A stretch of 64,000 nucleotides of DNA from an uncultured Candidatus Saccharibacteria bacterium (GCA_964350645.1 CAYGJY010000001.1:78316-142315); one strand, 5' to 3'. Counted from the stretch's first letter, positions 39,128 through 48,925 are shown. The notes: a model not told the origin generated them from the sequence alone. Numbers and translations are program-made.

Positions 39128-39817
39128 ATGCTGAAGACTCTGATCGCGGCCTTCTTGGCCGTCACACTCGGTTCAATGGTGCATGCCGGAGAGCCAAAAT
39201 TCGCGCCCGCCGATCTGGTGATCTCGACGGAAGGCCTCGAGCCGGTCGCTGGCACGCCGTGCGACACGATCAACGATGAGTGCCTTTCGCTGCAGATCAT
39301 CACCGCCGTCGAAACACCCGAGCTTCTCGCGGAGCTTCGGAAGAACGACGGCCAGACCCCGCGCGGGTCGGTCGTGCTCGACGCCCTCAACAAAGGCGAG
39401 GCGGCCATTCCGAAGCCGATCGATGGGTACTGGTGCGTGTGGTTCTACAAGGAGGCTCTGAATACCTATGAGCTGCCGTGGGATCTCATTCACACCACTT
39501 CCTTCATGACGACTTCGTCCGGCATCGTTCGCGACGCAGAGTTTATGAAGGGCGACTGCCCGACGATCACCAACGCCGTGGGCTACGGTGACCCGGACTT
39601 CAAGATCTGGGCACCAGCCGGTCCCGTTGGGACTGCGCTGAACATTCCGAAGGCGATGCGGGACAAGCTGCTCGTCGCCTTCTGGTGCAGCGAGGACGGC
39701 ACGATCATCTTCCCGAATCGGATCACATCCGATGAGGGTCTGCGGATCGACATTCCGCTGATCGAAAAAGGCTGGGAGCATGCAATGTATGGCGTGCTCC
39801 GGGCCAAGGAGAAGTGA
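39128..39817 (+). CDS. Secreted protein of unknown function, encoded in the high-GC island
   Basis: Signal peptide MLKTLIAAFLAVTLGSMVHA; 6 Cys; RBS caAGGGGtaaaaaaccATG. Confidence 0.7.
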   Translation: MLKTLIAAFLAVTLGSMVHAGEPKFAPADLVISTEGLEPVAGTPCDTINDECLSLQIITAVETPELLAELRKNDGQTPRGSVVLDALNKGEAAIPKPIDGYWCVWFYKEALNTYELPWDLIHTTSFMTTSSGIVRDAEFMKGDCPTITNAVGYGDPDFKIWAPAGPVGTALNIPKAMRDKLLVAFWCSEDGTIIFPNRITSDEGLRIDIPLIEKGWEHAMYGVLRAKEK

Positions 39818-39840
39818 GACCTGTTCTTCTCTGACTCAGG

Positions 39841-39877
39841 CGAAACTGGCCGCAGTGATGCACCCAGTTTCGCCCTT
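39841..39877 (+). terminator. Intrinsic terminator-like hairpin at the right edge of the high-GC island
   Basis: ggcgaaactgg ..14-nt loop.. ccagtttcgcc followed by cttct. Confidence 0.55.
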
Positions 39878-39943
39878 CTAATATTCTTGCGTACTGGTGT
39901 AGGTAAGAATATCTGAGGTATTATAAAAACTAGATTTTCAATT

Positions 39944-42900
39944 ATGTTTACTCAAAAAACAATCGCAGTCTTTATTATCGCTTTTTCACTAGCGGTAGTT
40001 TTTAGTGCACCATTTACTAATGATCAGACTGGATCAATCGTTGACGCAGTAGCTGGCGCATTTGGCCCTGGAGGCGGCGACGGTGGTGATGGTGCCGGCG
40101 GTGCAGACGGTGGTGGAGCTGGTGGCGATGGTCCTGGAGGTGGTAATGGTGGTAATGGTCCTGGTGGATCTGAAGGCGGTTGTTGCGGCGGCGACATTGG
40201 CGGTGGTCGTAATGATGAACCTGGTCGTGACGATCCTGGTGTAGTACCAGCTCCTTCATGTGTCCTTAAGGTGAACAATAAAAATCAACTGACTATCACT
40301 CAAGGTGACACAGTCACGTATACGTTGACCTCAAAAAATGCTGTTTCAGCAAATTTGACAGGTAAGGGAGCGATCAATATCAATGGTCAACCATTGGTAA
40401 CTAAGATCACTACTGCAGGACAGGGACGTCAGATTAGTGCTCGGGTATTTAACGCGAGTGGTCAGTCTGCCATTTGTTCAGTAACCCTTAATGTCAACGA
40501 AAAGCCTGCACCAGATCCTGCTCCAGTATGTACAGCAAAATTTATTCCCACTTCTGTGCAGGTAAATACTCCCGCAACCCTGCAGATCAATGGTTCAAAC
40601 CTAGCTTCTGCTTCTGTAAACAACGGTGTTGGCGCAGTAACTGTTGCTCCAAATAATGCGGGTAGCAAGTCAGTCACCCAAACAACCGTTGGAAAGAAAA
40701 CCTACACCGTAACCGTAACTAACAACCAAGGTCTTACTGGATCTTGTACAGCAGATCTGACGACTACTCCAGTACCGGTAGTTGTTCCTAACCAAACTTG
40801 TACCCTTTCACCAGCAACTCAGGAAGTAACTGTGGGTGAAACGGCAAAGCTTACTTGGAGATCTACTAACGCTGACTCAGTCACGGTCAAGCGAAACGGT
40901 GGTTCAATTTCAACTTCTAAAAATGAAACTAATTTTGCTCAGACACTCGGGGTTGGAACCTTTAATTACGAACTGACAGCAGTAAAAGCGGGTAAGACAG
41001 ATGTAAAATGTAACGCAACGATTGTGGTTAAGCCAGCTGTTGTTGGAGGACTCTCATGTGCAGCTAACCTAACAACATTTACGGCAGCACCAAGTAATCT
41101 GCCAGCTGGTGGTGGTAATACTACGTTGGTGTGGGCAGCGACTGGAGTTGATTCAATCGAAATTGATAACGGCGTTTTGGCGAACACCACAACTCTAAGC
41201 GGTAATGACACAGTGTCAGTAGCTCAAACAATTACCTACAAACTTAAGCTGATCAAAGCAGGTACAACTCCAGTTGAGTGTCCTTTGACGGTCACGGTTG
41301 CTCCAGCGATTACACCGCTAACGTGTGCTGCTAATGTTACCTTCACGGGTAATGGTTCAGCTGGAACGGTGAACTTGCCATCAAGCGGTGGCGATGTTGC
41401 TCTAGCGTGGACAGTAACTGGCGCTGACTCAATCGAGATCAACAACGGTGTTCTAGCAAATACAGCGACACTTATTGGAGACAATACTCAGACTGGAATT
41501 ACGGCTGACAAGACCTTTACGCTTAAGGCATTCAAGGCAGGAACAACCCCAATTGAATGTCCACTGCTTGTTGATGTAGCAACTGGCGGCGGCGGATCAT
41601 CTGATCCAGTCTGTCAGTTTGATGTTACTCCGACGAACTTCACCAATGGAACTGGTGGATCAGTATCACTCAATTGGAGCTCAACCAACGCTGATTCAGT
41701 TACTCTCGACGGTGTCGAGGTTGCCCTAAACGATACAATTACTAAAAACGTTACCACCCTTGGAAATACAACCTTTACGATTGTAGCTACGAAGGGAAGT
41801 AAGACTGATACCTGTACTAAGACTGTGACGGTATCGAATCCAGGCACGAGTAACCTTTCATGTGACAGCTTTACCTCTAATCGAGATGAGGTTGGAACCG
41901 GAAATAACTATACTCTTTCATGGAATACAACTGGAGCGACACTCGTCACAATCAATCAGGGTGTTGGCATCGTAGCGGCGGATGATTCAGTTGAACTTAC
42001 TGCTCCAAATGATGAACAAACAATTGACTATACTTTGACGGCTACTGATGGTACTAACTCAGTGACTTGCCCATTGTCTATTCGAGTTGATGGTGGCGGA
42101 GGTGGTGGGGGTGGTGGTTCATCAAGCCCACGCTGTACGTTTACTGCATCTGACCGTTCAATCCGTTCTGGACAAGAAATTGAATTAACGTGGACAACCC
42201 GTAGCGGACGAGACCTCAGTATTTTTGAAGGTTCAGTGCGCAACGGTGAGAAACTTCTCGAAACCGATGATGATGACACGGTTGATGAGGGCTCACTTAA
42301 GGTTCGGCCGACAGAAGATACTACCTATACACTTTTGGTAGAGCGAGGTTCACGAGATCGAGAATGTGATGTAGAAATTAAGGTTGAAGACAATGTCGTG
42401 GTTACCTCAGTTCGAAACCAAGGTCAGGTTGCTGGTATTTCGCTTACATCTGTACCGTACACAGGATTTGAAGCTGGCCCGATGCTTACTCTTCTCTTCT
42501 ACGCGATCCTTGCTGTCTGGGCTTTGTTCATCGCTTACTTACTTGTGATTAAAGAAGATCGAGTATTGGGTATCTCACTCGCTGGTGCGTTCCCAAAGAA
42601 AAAGATTTTGACTGATGATGTCAGTACTATAGCTACTGATGTTCACACTGAAACGTCAGAAGCAGCAGCGTATGTAGCGTCAATGACAGCACAAACAACT
42701 GCGACAGTACCACTCGCTACGGCTGCTCCAGTAACATCGGCTCCAGCTATCCCAACTAATCTACCAATCGCGAGCCCGATCATTGGGTATGCTAATACTC
42801 CAGTTGATGACACTCTAGAAGCAATTGATGCTGAAGACGAAGCGAGTCAAGAAATGAAAGAGCTAGAAGATCGAGCACACGCGAACAAGGTTTTGCTCTC

Positions 42901-43453
42901 AAGTGACGCAATGCGACATTTCCTGACTATGTGTCCAAAAGAAATCAATCGCCTAACGTTTCTAGATCAAGTGATTGCCGAAGCTAAGGTCTCGTACCCA
43001 TCTGAAGATGGTTGGGTGGTCCTTAACCTCGAGCGAATGCATGAATTGTGTGATAAACGAATGGCGTACATGAATACTGGCACTGAGTCAGTAATGGTGG
43101 CTGAAGACAAGAAAGTCATGTCAGCAACTGATACCGTGACCGTACCTGAAGGTTCTGGTTCGCTTGCTGAAGCGATTGTGACGGGTAATATTGCAGCGGC
43201 GTACCAACTACTTGGTAATCGTCCAATGATTTCACTGGCCGATGCAGCCGCTGATCTCGATGCGCTCTACCGAACCAGAAAAGGTGAAGACGTGAGTATT
43301 TCAAACATGCTCGCAACTGAATCAGCTGACTTGTCGGTTGCACAGATTGAAGCAGCGATTGCCGCTCTGACTTCAGCGATTGATGGTACATACACGGACG
43401 AAGCTGCAGCTGTGAAGATGGCGATTATGAAGGCTGTTAAGGCAACTGCTTAA
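39944..43453 (+). CDS. Type-I membrane protein: signal peptide, Gly-rich linker, Ig-like repeats bracketed by cysteines (7 recognisable; about 9 is a rough count), single TM, cytoplasmic domain of about 300 aa
   Basis: The repeats are about 95-100 aa, each starting and ending with Cys and carrying a conserved Trp ('..LTWRSTNADSVTV..', '..LVWAATGVDSIEI..', '..LAWTVTGADSIEI..', '..LNWSSTNADSVTL..'). 'GGGGGGGGSS' spacer. TM 'GPMLTLLFYAILAVWALFIAYLLV' followed by 'KEDR' and a 300-aa soluble tail. Confidence 0.8.
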   Translation: MFTQKTIAVFIIAFSLAVVFSAPFTNDQTGSIVDAVAGAFGPGGGDGGDGAGGADGGGAGGDGPGGGNGGNGPGGSEGGCCGGDIGGGRNDEPGRDDPGVVPAPSCVLKVNNKNQLTITQGDTVTYTLTSKNAVSANLTGKGAININGQPLVTKITTAGQGRQISARVFNASGQSAICSVTLNVNEKPAPDPAPVCTAKFIPTSVQVNTPATLQINGSNLASASVNNGVGAVTVAPNNAGSKSVTQTTVGKKTYTVTVTNNQGLTGSCTADLTTTPVPVVVPNQTCTLSPATQEVTVGETAKLTWRSTNADSVTVKRNGGSISTSKNETNFAQTLGVGTFNYELTAVKAGKTDVKCNATIVVKPAVVGGLSCAANLTTFTAAPSNLPAGGGNTTLVWAATGVDSIEIDNGVLANTTTLSGNDTVSVAQTITYKLKLIKAGTTPVECPLTVTVAPAITPLTCAANVTFTGNGSAGTVNLPSSGGDVALAWTVTGADSIEINNGVLANTATLIGDNTQTGITADKTFTLKAFKAGTTPIECPLLVDVATGGGGSSDPVCQFDVTPTNFTNGTGGSVSLNWSSTNADSVTLDGVEVALNDTITKNVTTLGNTTFTIVATKGSKTDTCTKTVTVSNPGTSNLSCDSFTSNRDEVGTGNNYTLSWNTTGATLVTINQGVGIVAADDSVELTAPNDEQTIDYTLTATDGTNSVTCPLSIRVDGGGGGGGGGSSSPRCTFTASDRSIRSGQEIELTWTTRSGRDLSIFEGSVRNGEKLLETDDDDTVDEGSLKVRPTEDTTYTLLVERGSRDRECDVEIKVEDNVVVTSVRNQGQVAGISLTSVPYTGFEAGPMLTLLFYAILAVWALFIAYLLVIKEDRVLGISLAGAFPKKKILTDDVSTIATDVHTETSEAAAYVASMTAQTTATVPLATAAPVTSAPAIPTNLPIASPIIGYANTPVDDTLEAIDAEDEASQEMKELEDRAHANKVLLSSDAMRHFLTMCPKEINRLTFLDQVIAEAKVSYPSEDGWVVLNLERMHELCDKRMAYMNTGTESVMVAEDKKVMSATDTVTVPEGSGSLAEAIVTGNIAAAYQLLGNRPMISLADAAADLDALYRTRKGEDVSISNMLATESADLSVAQIEAAIAALTSAIDGTYTDEAAAVKMAIMKAVKATA

Positions 43454-43479
43454 GCAATTCCTCAACAAGCTGTTTAAAG

Positions 43480-43516
43480 CACGAAAAAGCCGCCCGTACG
43501 GGCGGCTTTTTCGTGC
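43480..43516. terminator. Bidirectional terminator between the Ig-repeat gene (+) and thrS (-)
   Basis: cacgaaaaagccgccc-gtac-gggcggctttttcgtg, a perfect 16-bp palindrome. Confidence 0.8.
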
Positions 43517-43525
43517 GTCTTACCT

Positions 43526-45295
43526 TTATAATTTCTTAGTCTCAATTTCTTCTAGCAGACGCTTCATAAGGTCATCAAGCGATAGCTCTTCCGAGCTTCC
43601 GTCACGATCTTCAAGCGTGACTCCACCGCGCTCGACTTCTTTATCGCCAATGACGAGGAAGTAGGGGAGTTTGGCTTTTTTAGCGTTGCGAATTTTTTTA
43701 CCCATGCTTTCGTTACTGTCATCGAATTCGACGCGTAACCCAGCCGATTTTAATTTGGTATATATCTCACCCGCAAACACATTATGAGCTTCTGCTACAG
43801 GTACCACAGCAATCTGTATCGGGGCCAGCCAGAGTGGGAGATTTCCGGCCAAGTGTTCAATCAAGACTGCTGAAAAACGCTCTAATGAACCAGCGATGGC
43901 TGCATGAATCATTACGATGCGTTCTTTCTCACCGTTTTCATTGGTACAATCGAGTGTAAAACGATCGGGTAAGAGTCGGTCAAGTTGAATAGTAGCCACT
44001 TGGTGAGTGCGCCCAATCGAGTCTGTCGCCATGAAGTCAATTTTAGGAGCATAAAAAGCTGCTTCACCAATCCCAATGAAATACTCTGTATTACGACCTT
44101 CGGCAATTTCCTTCATGAGTCCTTCGGTCTTTTCCCAGACAGCGCTGTCACCTAGGTACTTGTCTTTCTTTTCTGGATCATGGAATGAGAGTCGGACTGA
44201 CAGCTCAAACCCAAATGGTCCGTAGAAGTCATCAACAATGTCCCAAATTGCTTCGAGCTCATCTTTGAGCTGTGATTCACGACAGAAAACGTGAGCATCA
44301 TCTTGGGTGATCGAGAGTACTCGGGTCAGTCCAGATAGCTCACCAGACTGTTCAGCCCGGTAGACCATGGTTGTTTCAGCGTAGCGTTGCGGAAGGTCTC
44401 GGTATGAACGGGGGACTGAGTCGAATATCTGGGTATGGTGCGGACAGTTCATTGGTTTCAAGACATACTCTTCATGATCGTCACCTTCTTTGGCACGGAC
44501 TTTGAAAAGGTCCTCACTATACTTTTGCCAGTGACCGCTAGTTTCGTACAGCGCTTTCTTGGCGATGTGAGGGATCGTGACACATTCATAGCCTTTTTCG
44601 CGACGTAAGCCGGTCACAAACTCATCAAGTAGTCGGCGCATAGTGGTGCCCTTTGCACTCCAGAGAGGTAGTCCAGGTCCAACAAGTTCTGAGAAGGTAA
44701 ACAGACCTAGTTCCTTGCCTAGCTTGCGATGGTCTCGCTTCTTGGCTTCTTCAAGCTGGGTTTCGTAGGCAGCGAGTTCTTCAGCAGAATCAAACGCCAG
44801 ACCATAGATGCGAGTGAGCATAGGATTCTCTTCGCTGCCGCGCCAGTAGGCGCCAGCAACTTTGTCGAGTTTAAAGCTGTCAGCAGCAATTTCTTCGGCT
44901 GGATTCTCTGAATGTCCACCGCGACAGAGGTCGGTGAATTCAGCTTTAGTGCCAGCTCCTGCTGTGTAGAGGGTGATAGTTTCACCTTTGGCTGCAATCT
45001 CATCGATGAGTTCAAGTTTAAATTCGTTGTTCGCAAATACAGCGCGGGCTTCGTCAGTAGAAACTTCCTTATGATCGAAGCTCGTCCAGGCGCTAAGCAT
45101 TTTTCGCATCTGTTTTTGGATTGACTTTAGGTCATCATCACCGGGCGCTTCGCCGGCTGAGAAGTCAATATCGTAGTAAAACCCGTTGTCGATGGCAGGG
45201 CCGAGGGTAAGCATAGCGTGTGGGTACTCCACTAAAACTGCAGCTGCCAAGAGATGAGCCAGGGTGTGTCGTTTGTGTTCTAGGTTTGTGTTCAT
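43526..45295 (-). CDS. thrS: Threonine--tRNA ligase
   Basis: 'HRKLGKELGLF', 'MNCPHHTQIF', class II motifs and an anticodon-binding C-terminus; 589 aa. It begins at the second (editing-associated) domain and lacks a TGS domain. Confidence 0.9.
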   Translation of the reverse strand: MNTNLEHKRHTLAHLLAAAVLVEYPHAMLTLGPAIDNGFYYDIDFSAGEAPGDDDLKSIQKQMRKMLSAWTSFDHKEVSTDEARAVFANNEFKLELIDEIAAKGETITLYTAGAGTKAEFTDLCRGGHSENPAEEIAADSFKLDKVAGAYWRGSEENPMLTRIYGLAFDSAEELAAYETQLEEAKKRDHRKLGKELGLFTFSELVGPGLPLWSAKGTTMRRLLDEFVTGLRREKGYECVTIPHIAKKALYETSGHWQKYSEDLFKVRAKEGDDHEEYVLKPMNCPHHTQIFDSVPRSYRDLPQRYAETTMVYRAEQSGELSGLTRVLSITQDDAHVFCRESQLKDELEAIWDIVDDFYGPFGFELSVRLSFHDPEKKDKYLGDSAVWEKTEGLMKEIAEGRNTEYFIGIGEAAFYAPKIDFMATDSIGRTHQVATIQLDRLLPDRFTLDCTNENGEKERIVMIHAAIAGSLERFSAVLIEHLAGNLPLWLAPIQIAVVPVAEAHNVFAGEIYTKLKSAGLRVEFDDSNESMGKKIRNAKKAKLPYFLVIGDKEVERGGVTLEDRDGSSEELSLDDLMKRLLEEIETKKL

Positions 45296-45497
45296 AAGTA
45301 GGGTGTTTGTTGGATCTTAAAATCATAAGCCCTGAGATTCAACGGCTTCGCGCTGCCGCGCTGCAGATGTTTCACTATAGTGCTTAAAATTTTAAGATCG
45401 AGAGACTTCCAGTGTGTGCCGAAGCATCTGCAGCCGGCTTCTGTAGGCGAAGCCGCTGAGGCAGGCACTGGAAGTCTTGAGAGGTTACATAATAAAA
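45296..45497 (-). promoter_or_regulatory. Structured 5' leader of thrS (nested long-range stems, two PstI-palindrome segments, cttaaaattttaag palindrome)
   Basis: The reverse complement shows a gacttccagtg...cactggaagtc outer stem enclosing a GC-rich inner stem. The alternative pairing ctgcagatg / catctgcag follows. No canonical T-box 'AATTAGGGTGGTACCGCG' was found. Confidence 0.35.
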
Positions 45498-45540
45498 CGT
45501 CCGAGCAAAAATTCAATGTCTTTGAATTTTTGCTCGGACG
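45498..45540 (-). terminator. Intrinsic terminator of dnaE (minus strand)
   Basis: cgtccgagcaaaaattcaa-tgtctt-tgaatttttgctcggacg, with an A-run on the plus strand (a U-run on the transcript). Confidence 0.7.
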
Positions 45541-45664
45541 ATCTAATCGCGGTTCCACCGAGCTTCTGAGTTAGTATACCGACTCAGCACTTCATTATCA
45601 GATTAGGCTTGTGCGCATTGCTGCCTTCGGTTGGTAGCCGAAGCAATCTCTGAGTACAAATATC

Positions 45665-48600
45665 CTACGCCGATACAGAAGCAGTGTCAATTGCAGTTTC
45701 TTCAGGGGCGAGATTTTTTAGGCGATCAATCAAGATGCTAGGCTCATCATTACGAATACTGAGTTTGCCTTTAACGGCCACACAGGTACCGGGTACCAGC
45801 AGGTCTTTATTCGCTTGGAAGACTTCAGGGAAGGCGACCATTTCAATTGAATCAGTCTGGGTGGCAAGCTGTACAAAAGCCATGCGGTCGCCTTTTTTAG
45901 TGAGAAGTTCCCGGACAGTCTCGATCATGCCAGCAGTAATGAGTTCACCCTTCATTTTGACAATTGAAATTTGTTGGCCATCTTCGACGGCGCGCTTGAT
46001 CTCGGTGACAGCCGTGCGTTTGTTGAGTTCATCTTTGTATTGGTCGAGTGGATGACCAGACACATAGACTCCAAGGAGTTCTTTTTCCCAGAGTAATTTT
46101 TGTTCTTTACCAGCCGCGGTTGCGGCTTCGAGCACAAGGTCATTAATGCTTGATTCAACACCACCAAAGAGGGAGTCTTGGTTGGCTTCTTTCCCGGCCA
46201 CGTGTTCCTTGTTGAAATACAGCATCATTTCAAGATTATGCATTAAGACACCACGCTCTTCAAAACGATCAAAGGCACCGGTCATAATGAGAGCCTCGAG
46301 GGATTTTTTGTTGAGATTTTTGTCATGAATGCGAGTGAGGAAATCGTTGAGGGACGTGAAATTACCATCAGCTTTACGGTTACTAATAATTGCTTCAGCA
46401 ATGCCAGCGCCGAAGTTTTTGATCGTCGTAAGTCCGAAGCGGATTTGGTTTTTATTGGGGACCACTGAAAATTCAGCGAAGGATTCATTGATGTCAGGTG
46501 GTAGTACTTCAATACCCATGCGCTCACATTCATTAATGATCTCGGAGATTTTTTCAGTGTCGCCTGAGTCAGCAGTGAGAACAGCTGCCATGTACTCAGG
46601 TGGAAAATTAGCTTTCATATAGGCCGTCTGGTAGGCAACACGACCATAGCTCGCCGCATGCGCTTTGTTGAATCCATAGGCCGCAAAAGGCTCAATCAGA
46701 CTCCAGAGTTTGTCAGAGATGGTCGGTGATAGTTTGCCGTAATCACGGAAACCATCGAGCAATTTTTGCTTTTCAGCTTCCATCACTTCAGGAATTTTTT
46801 TACCCATCGCCTTGCGCAGTTTGTCGGCATCGAGCCAGGAGTAACCGGCCAGTTCAATTGACGTCATCATCACGTCGTCTTGGTAGGTAATAACACCGTA
46901 TGAACGGTCAAGAATTTTTTCAAGTCGAGGGTCGAGGTAGGTAATAAGATTGGTATTGTGTTTGCGCTCGATGTATTGTGGGATCGATTCCATTGGTCCT
47001 GGTCGATACAAGGCCACCATCGCGTTGATATCGTGGATTGAAGTGGGTTGCAGTTGCTTTAAAAATGACGTCATGCCGGAGCCGTTGAGTTGGAAGAGAC
47101 CCATGGTCTCACCGCGAGCCAACATGTCGAAAGTCTTCTGATCATCGAGAGGGATATTTTCGATATCAATATCAACGTCATGGATTACTTTTACGCGCTT
47201 CACCGCGTCAGCCAAGATCGCTAAGTTTTTGATTCCCAAGAAATCAAACTTCAGTAACCCAACACCGTCTTCTCCGACAGAATGCATTTCGTATTGAGTG
47301 ATGTATTTGCCAGTTTTGGAGTCAACCTGGATGGGGACGAATTGGTCGAGTGGCTCGGGTGCGATGACGACACCAGCTGCGTGCACACCAACGTGACGTA
47401 CACGACCTTCGATCTTTTTGGCGAGGTCGATTACTTCACGGGATTCGCTGTCTTGTTTGTAGAGTTTTTGGAGGTCGGGTTCAATGTCGAGTGCTCGATC
47501 GATAGTCATAGCAAAGCCTTGGCTGCCCATAGGGATAAGTTTGGCAATCCGGTCACCAGTAGCATAGGAATGGCCAAGAGCACGAGCGACGTCACGTACG
47601 GCCGCTCGCGCCATCATTGTTCCGAAGGTACCGATTTGGGCTACTTTATCTTCACCGTATTTTTCTTTAGCGTATTCGATGATTTCATCGCGGCGATTAT
47701 CAGCGAAGTCCATATCGATGTCAGGCGCTGAGGGCCGCTCAGGATTTAGGAAGCGTTCGAAGGGGAGTTTGTATTCGAGTGGGTCTACGTTGGTAATACC
47801 GAGGACATAGGTGGTATACGAGCCAGCGACCGAGCCCCGAATAGTGGTGAGAATACCTCGATCGCGGGCTTCACGCAGCAAATCACCCACTACCAAAAAG
47901 TACTTGGCATAGCCTTTGTCCTTAATTACCTTGAGTTCATAGTCGAGACGTTGTTTGACCGTGGCATCATGAATATCATGTCCGCGCCACGTGACTCCAG
48001 CGTAGGCTGTATCTCGTAATTCATCGTCTGGTTCTTTACCACTCTCAATAATAAAATTAGGGAATTTCCAGGCTTCCATCCCGAGAGTGATTTCGACGTT
48101 GCATTGGTCAGCAATTTTTATGGTATTGCTGAGTGCTTCGGGTGTGTCAGCAAAACGTTCTTTCATTTGTACTTGCGTCGTAAAAGAAAAATCTTCACTG
48201 CGTTCTTCATTGATATCAACAATGCCACCGCTTTGGATTTTAAGCATGGCCTCGCGAGCAACGGCGTCATCTTTTTCTAAGTAGTAGATATCTTGTGCTG
48301 CGACCAAAGGGACAGTACTTTTGTGTGCCAAATTTCTGATCTTGGTCTGCAGACTGCTGTGATCGAGAATTTCTGGATGGTGGGTAATTTCTAAATAGCA
48401 GTCATCTTTGAATTGTTCCTGGTACCAAGCGAGGCTAGCGCCGGCTTTTTCGAGGTCACCATTCTTCAAGTGTTGACTGGTCTCCGCCGCAAACGATGGC
48501 AAGATACAAATTAAACCTTCTTTGAGTTCAGCCAAGAGTTCGTGATCGAGGCGCGGACGGTAGTAAAAGCCTTCGATGTTGGCGCGGGTGACGAGCTTAA

Positions 48601-48925
48601 TCAGGTTTTGGTAGCCTTGGAAATTTTTAGCCAGGAGCACTAAGCGAGCACGCGGCTTGTCGATCGGATCTTTGTCGAAGCGAGTGCGCGGTGCCATAAA
48701 GGCGTCAAGGCCGATAATAGGTTTGATACCTTCTTTTTGACACGCCTGATAGAAATCAATTGCACCATAGAGGGCACCAGCGTCAGTGATAGCCAGCGCA
48801 TCTTGGCCATCGGCTTTCGCGGCGGCCGCGAGCTCCTTTGGAGTGGGAACAGCGTTTAAAAGGGAGTACATCGAGTGGACGTGCAGATGGACGAAGTCAG
48901 CCTGAAGTGTAGACATGACCTGCAT
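45665..48925 (-). CDS. dnaE: DNA polymerase III alpha subunit
   Basis: PHP domain 'VHLHVHSMYSLL'; 1086 aa; polIIIa core. Confidence 0.95.
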   Translation of the reverse strand: MQVMSTLQADFVHLHVHSMYSLLNAVPTPKELAAAAKADGQDALAITDAGALYGAIDFYQACQKEGIKPIIGLDAFMAPRTRFDKDPIDKPRARLVLLAKNFQGYQNLIKLVTRANIEGFYYRPRLDHELLAELKEGLICILPSFAAETSQHLKNGDLEKAGASLAWYQEQFKDDCYLEITHHPEILDHSSLQTKIRNLAHKSTVPLVAAQDIYYLEKDDAVAREAMLKIQSGGIVDINEERSEDFSFTTQVQMKERFADTPEALSNTIKIADQCNVEITLGMEAWKFPNFIIESGKEPDDELRDTAYAGVTWRGHDIHDATVKQRLDYELKVIKDKGYAKYFLVVGDLLREARDRGILTTIRGSVAGSYTTYVLGITNVDPLEYKLPFERFLNPERPSAPDIDMDFADNRRDEIIEYAKEKYGEDKVAQIGTFGTMMARAAVRDVARALGHSYATGDRIAKLIPMGSQGFAMTIDRALDIEPDLQKLYKQDSESREVIDLAKKIEGRVRHVGVHAAGVVIAPEPLDQFVPIQVDSKTGKYITQYEMHSVGEDGVGLLKFDFLGIKNLAILADAVKRVKVIHDVDIDIENIPLDDQKTFDMLARGETMGLFQLNGSGMTSFLKQLQPTSIHDINAMVALYRPGPMESIPQYIERKHNTNLITYLDPRLEKILDRSYGVITYQDDVMMTSIELAGYSWLDADKLRKAMGKKIPEVMEAEKQKLLDGFRDYGKLSPTISDKLWSLIEPFAAYGFNKAHAASYGRVAYQTAYMKANFPPEYMAAVLTADSGDTEKISEIINECERMGIEVLPPDINESFAEFSVVPNKNQIRFGLTTIKNFGAGIAEAIISNRKADGNFTSLNDFLTRIHDKNLNKKSLEALIMTGAFDRFEERGVLMHNLEMMLYFNKEHVAGKEANQDSLFGGVESSINDLVLEAATAAGKEQKLLWEKELLGVYVSGHPLDQYKDELNKRTAVTEIKRAVEDGQQISIVKMKGELITAGMIETVRELLTKKGDRMAFVQLATQTDSIEMVAFPEVFQANKDLLVPGTCVAVKGKLSIRNDEPSILIDRLKNLAPEETAIDTASVSA

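Larger units (their letters stand above)
38041..39880 (+). other. Compositionally atypical high-GC island (about 65% GC vs about 45% background), putative horizontally acquired segment
   Basis: The composition shifts abruptly at about 38040 and about 39880. Codon usage is GC3-rich. The island has its own AGGA-type RBSs and hairpin terminators (39039..39072, 39841..39877). CPR-like genes (sortase, Ig-repeat protein) flank it on both sides. Confidence 0.75.

Noticed and set aside
38144-39781. Long antisense or out-of-frame ORFs within the high-GC island (38011..38595 +, 38144..38872 -, 38641..38970 +, 39173..39781 -)
   Set aside because: High GC suppresses stop codons in all frames. These ORFs are Arg/Gly/Pro-rich and lack RBSs, and they overlap the two signal-peptide-bearing genes, which have proper SDs.
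40017-40278. His/Arg-rich and Pro-rich minus-strand ORFs over the Gly-rich linker of the Ig-repeat gene
   Set aside because: They are the reverse translation of the GGN-repeat DNA encoding the Gly-rich linker; artefacts.
45296-45497. T-box riboswitch upstream of thrS
   Set aside because: The conserved T-box sequence (AATTAGGGTGGTACCGCG) or a close variant is not present in the leader on the correct strand. It is kept only as a generic structured leader.
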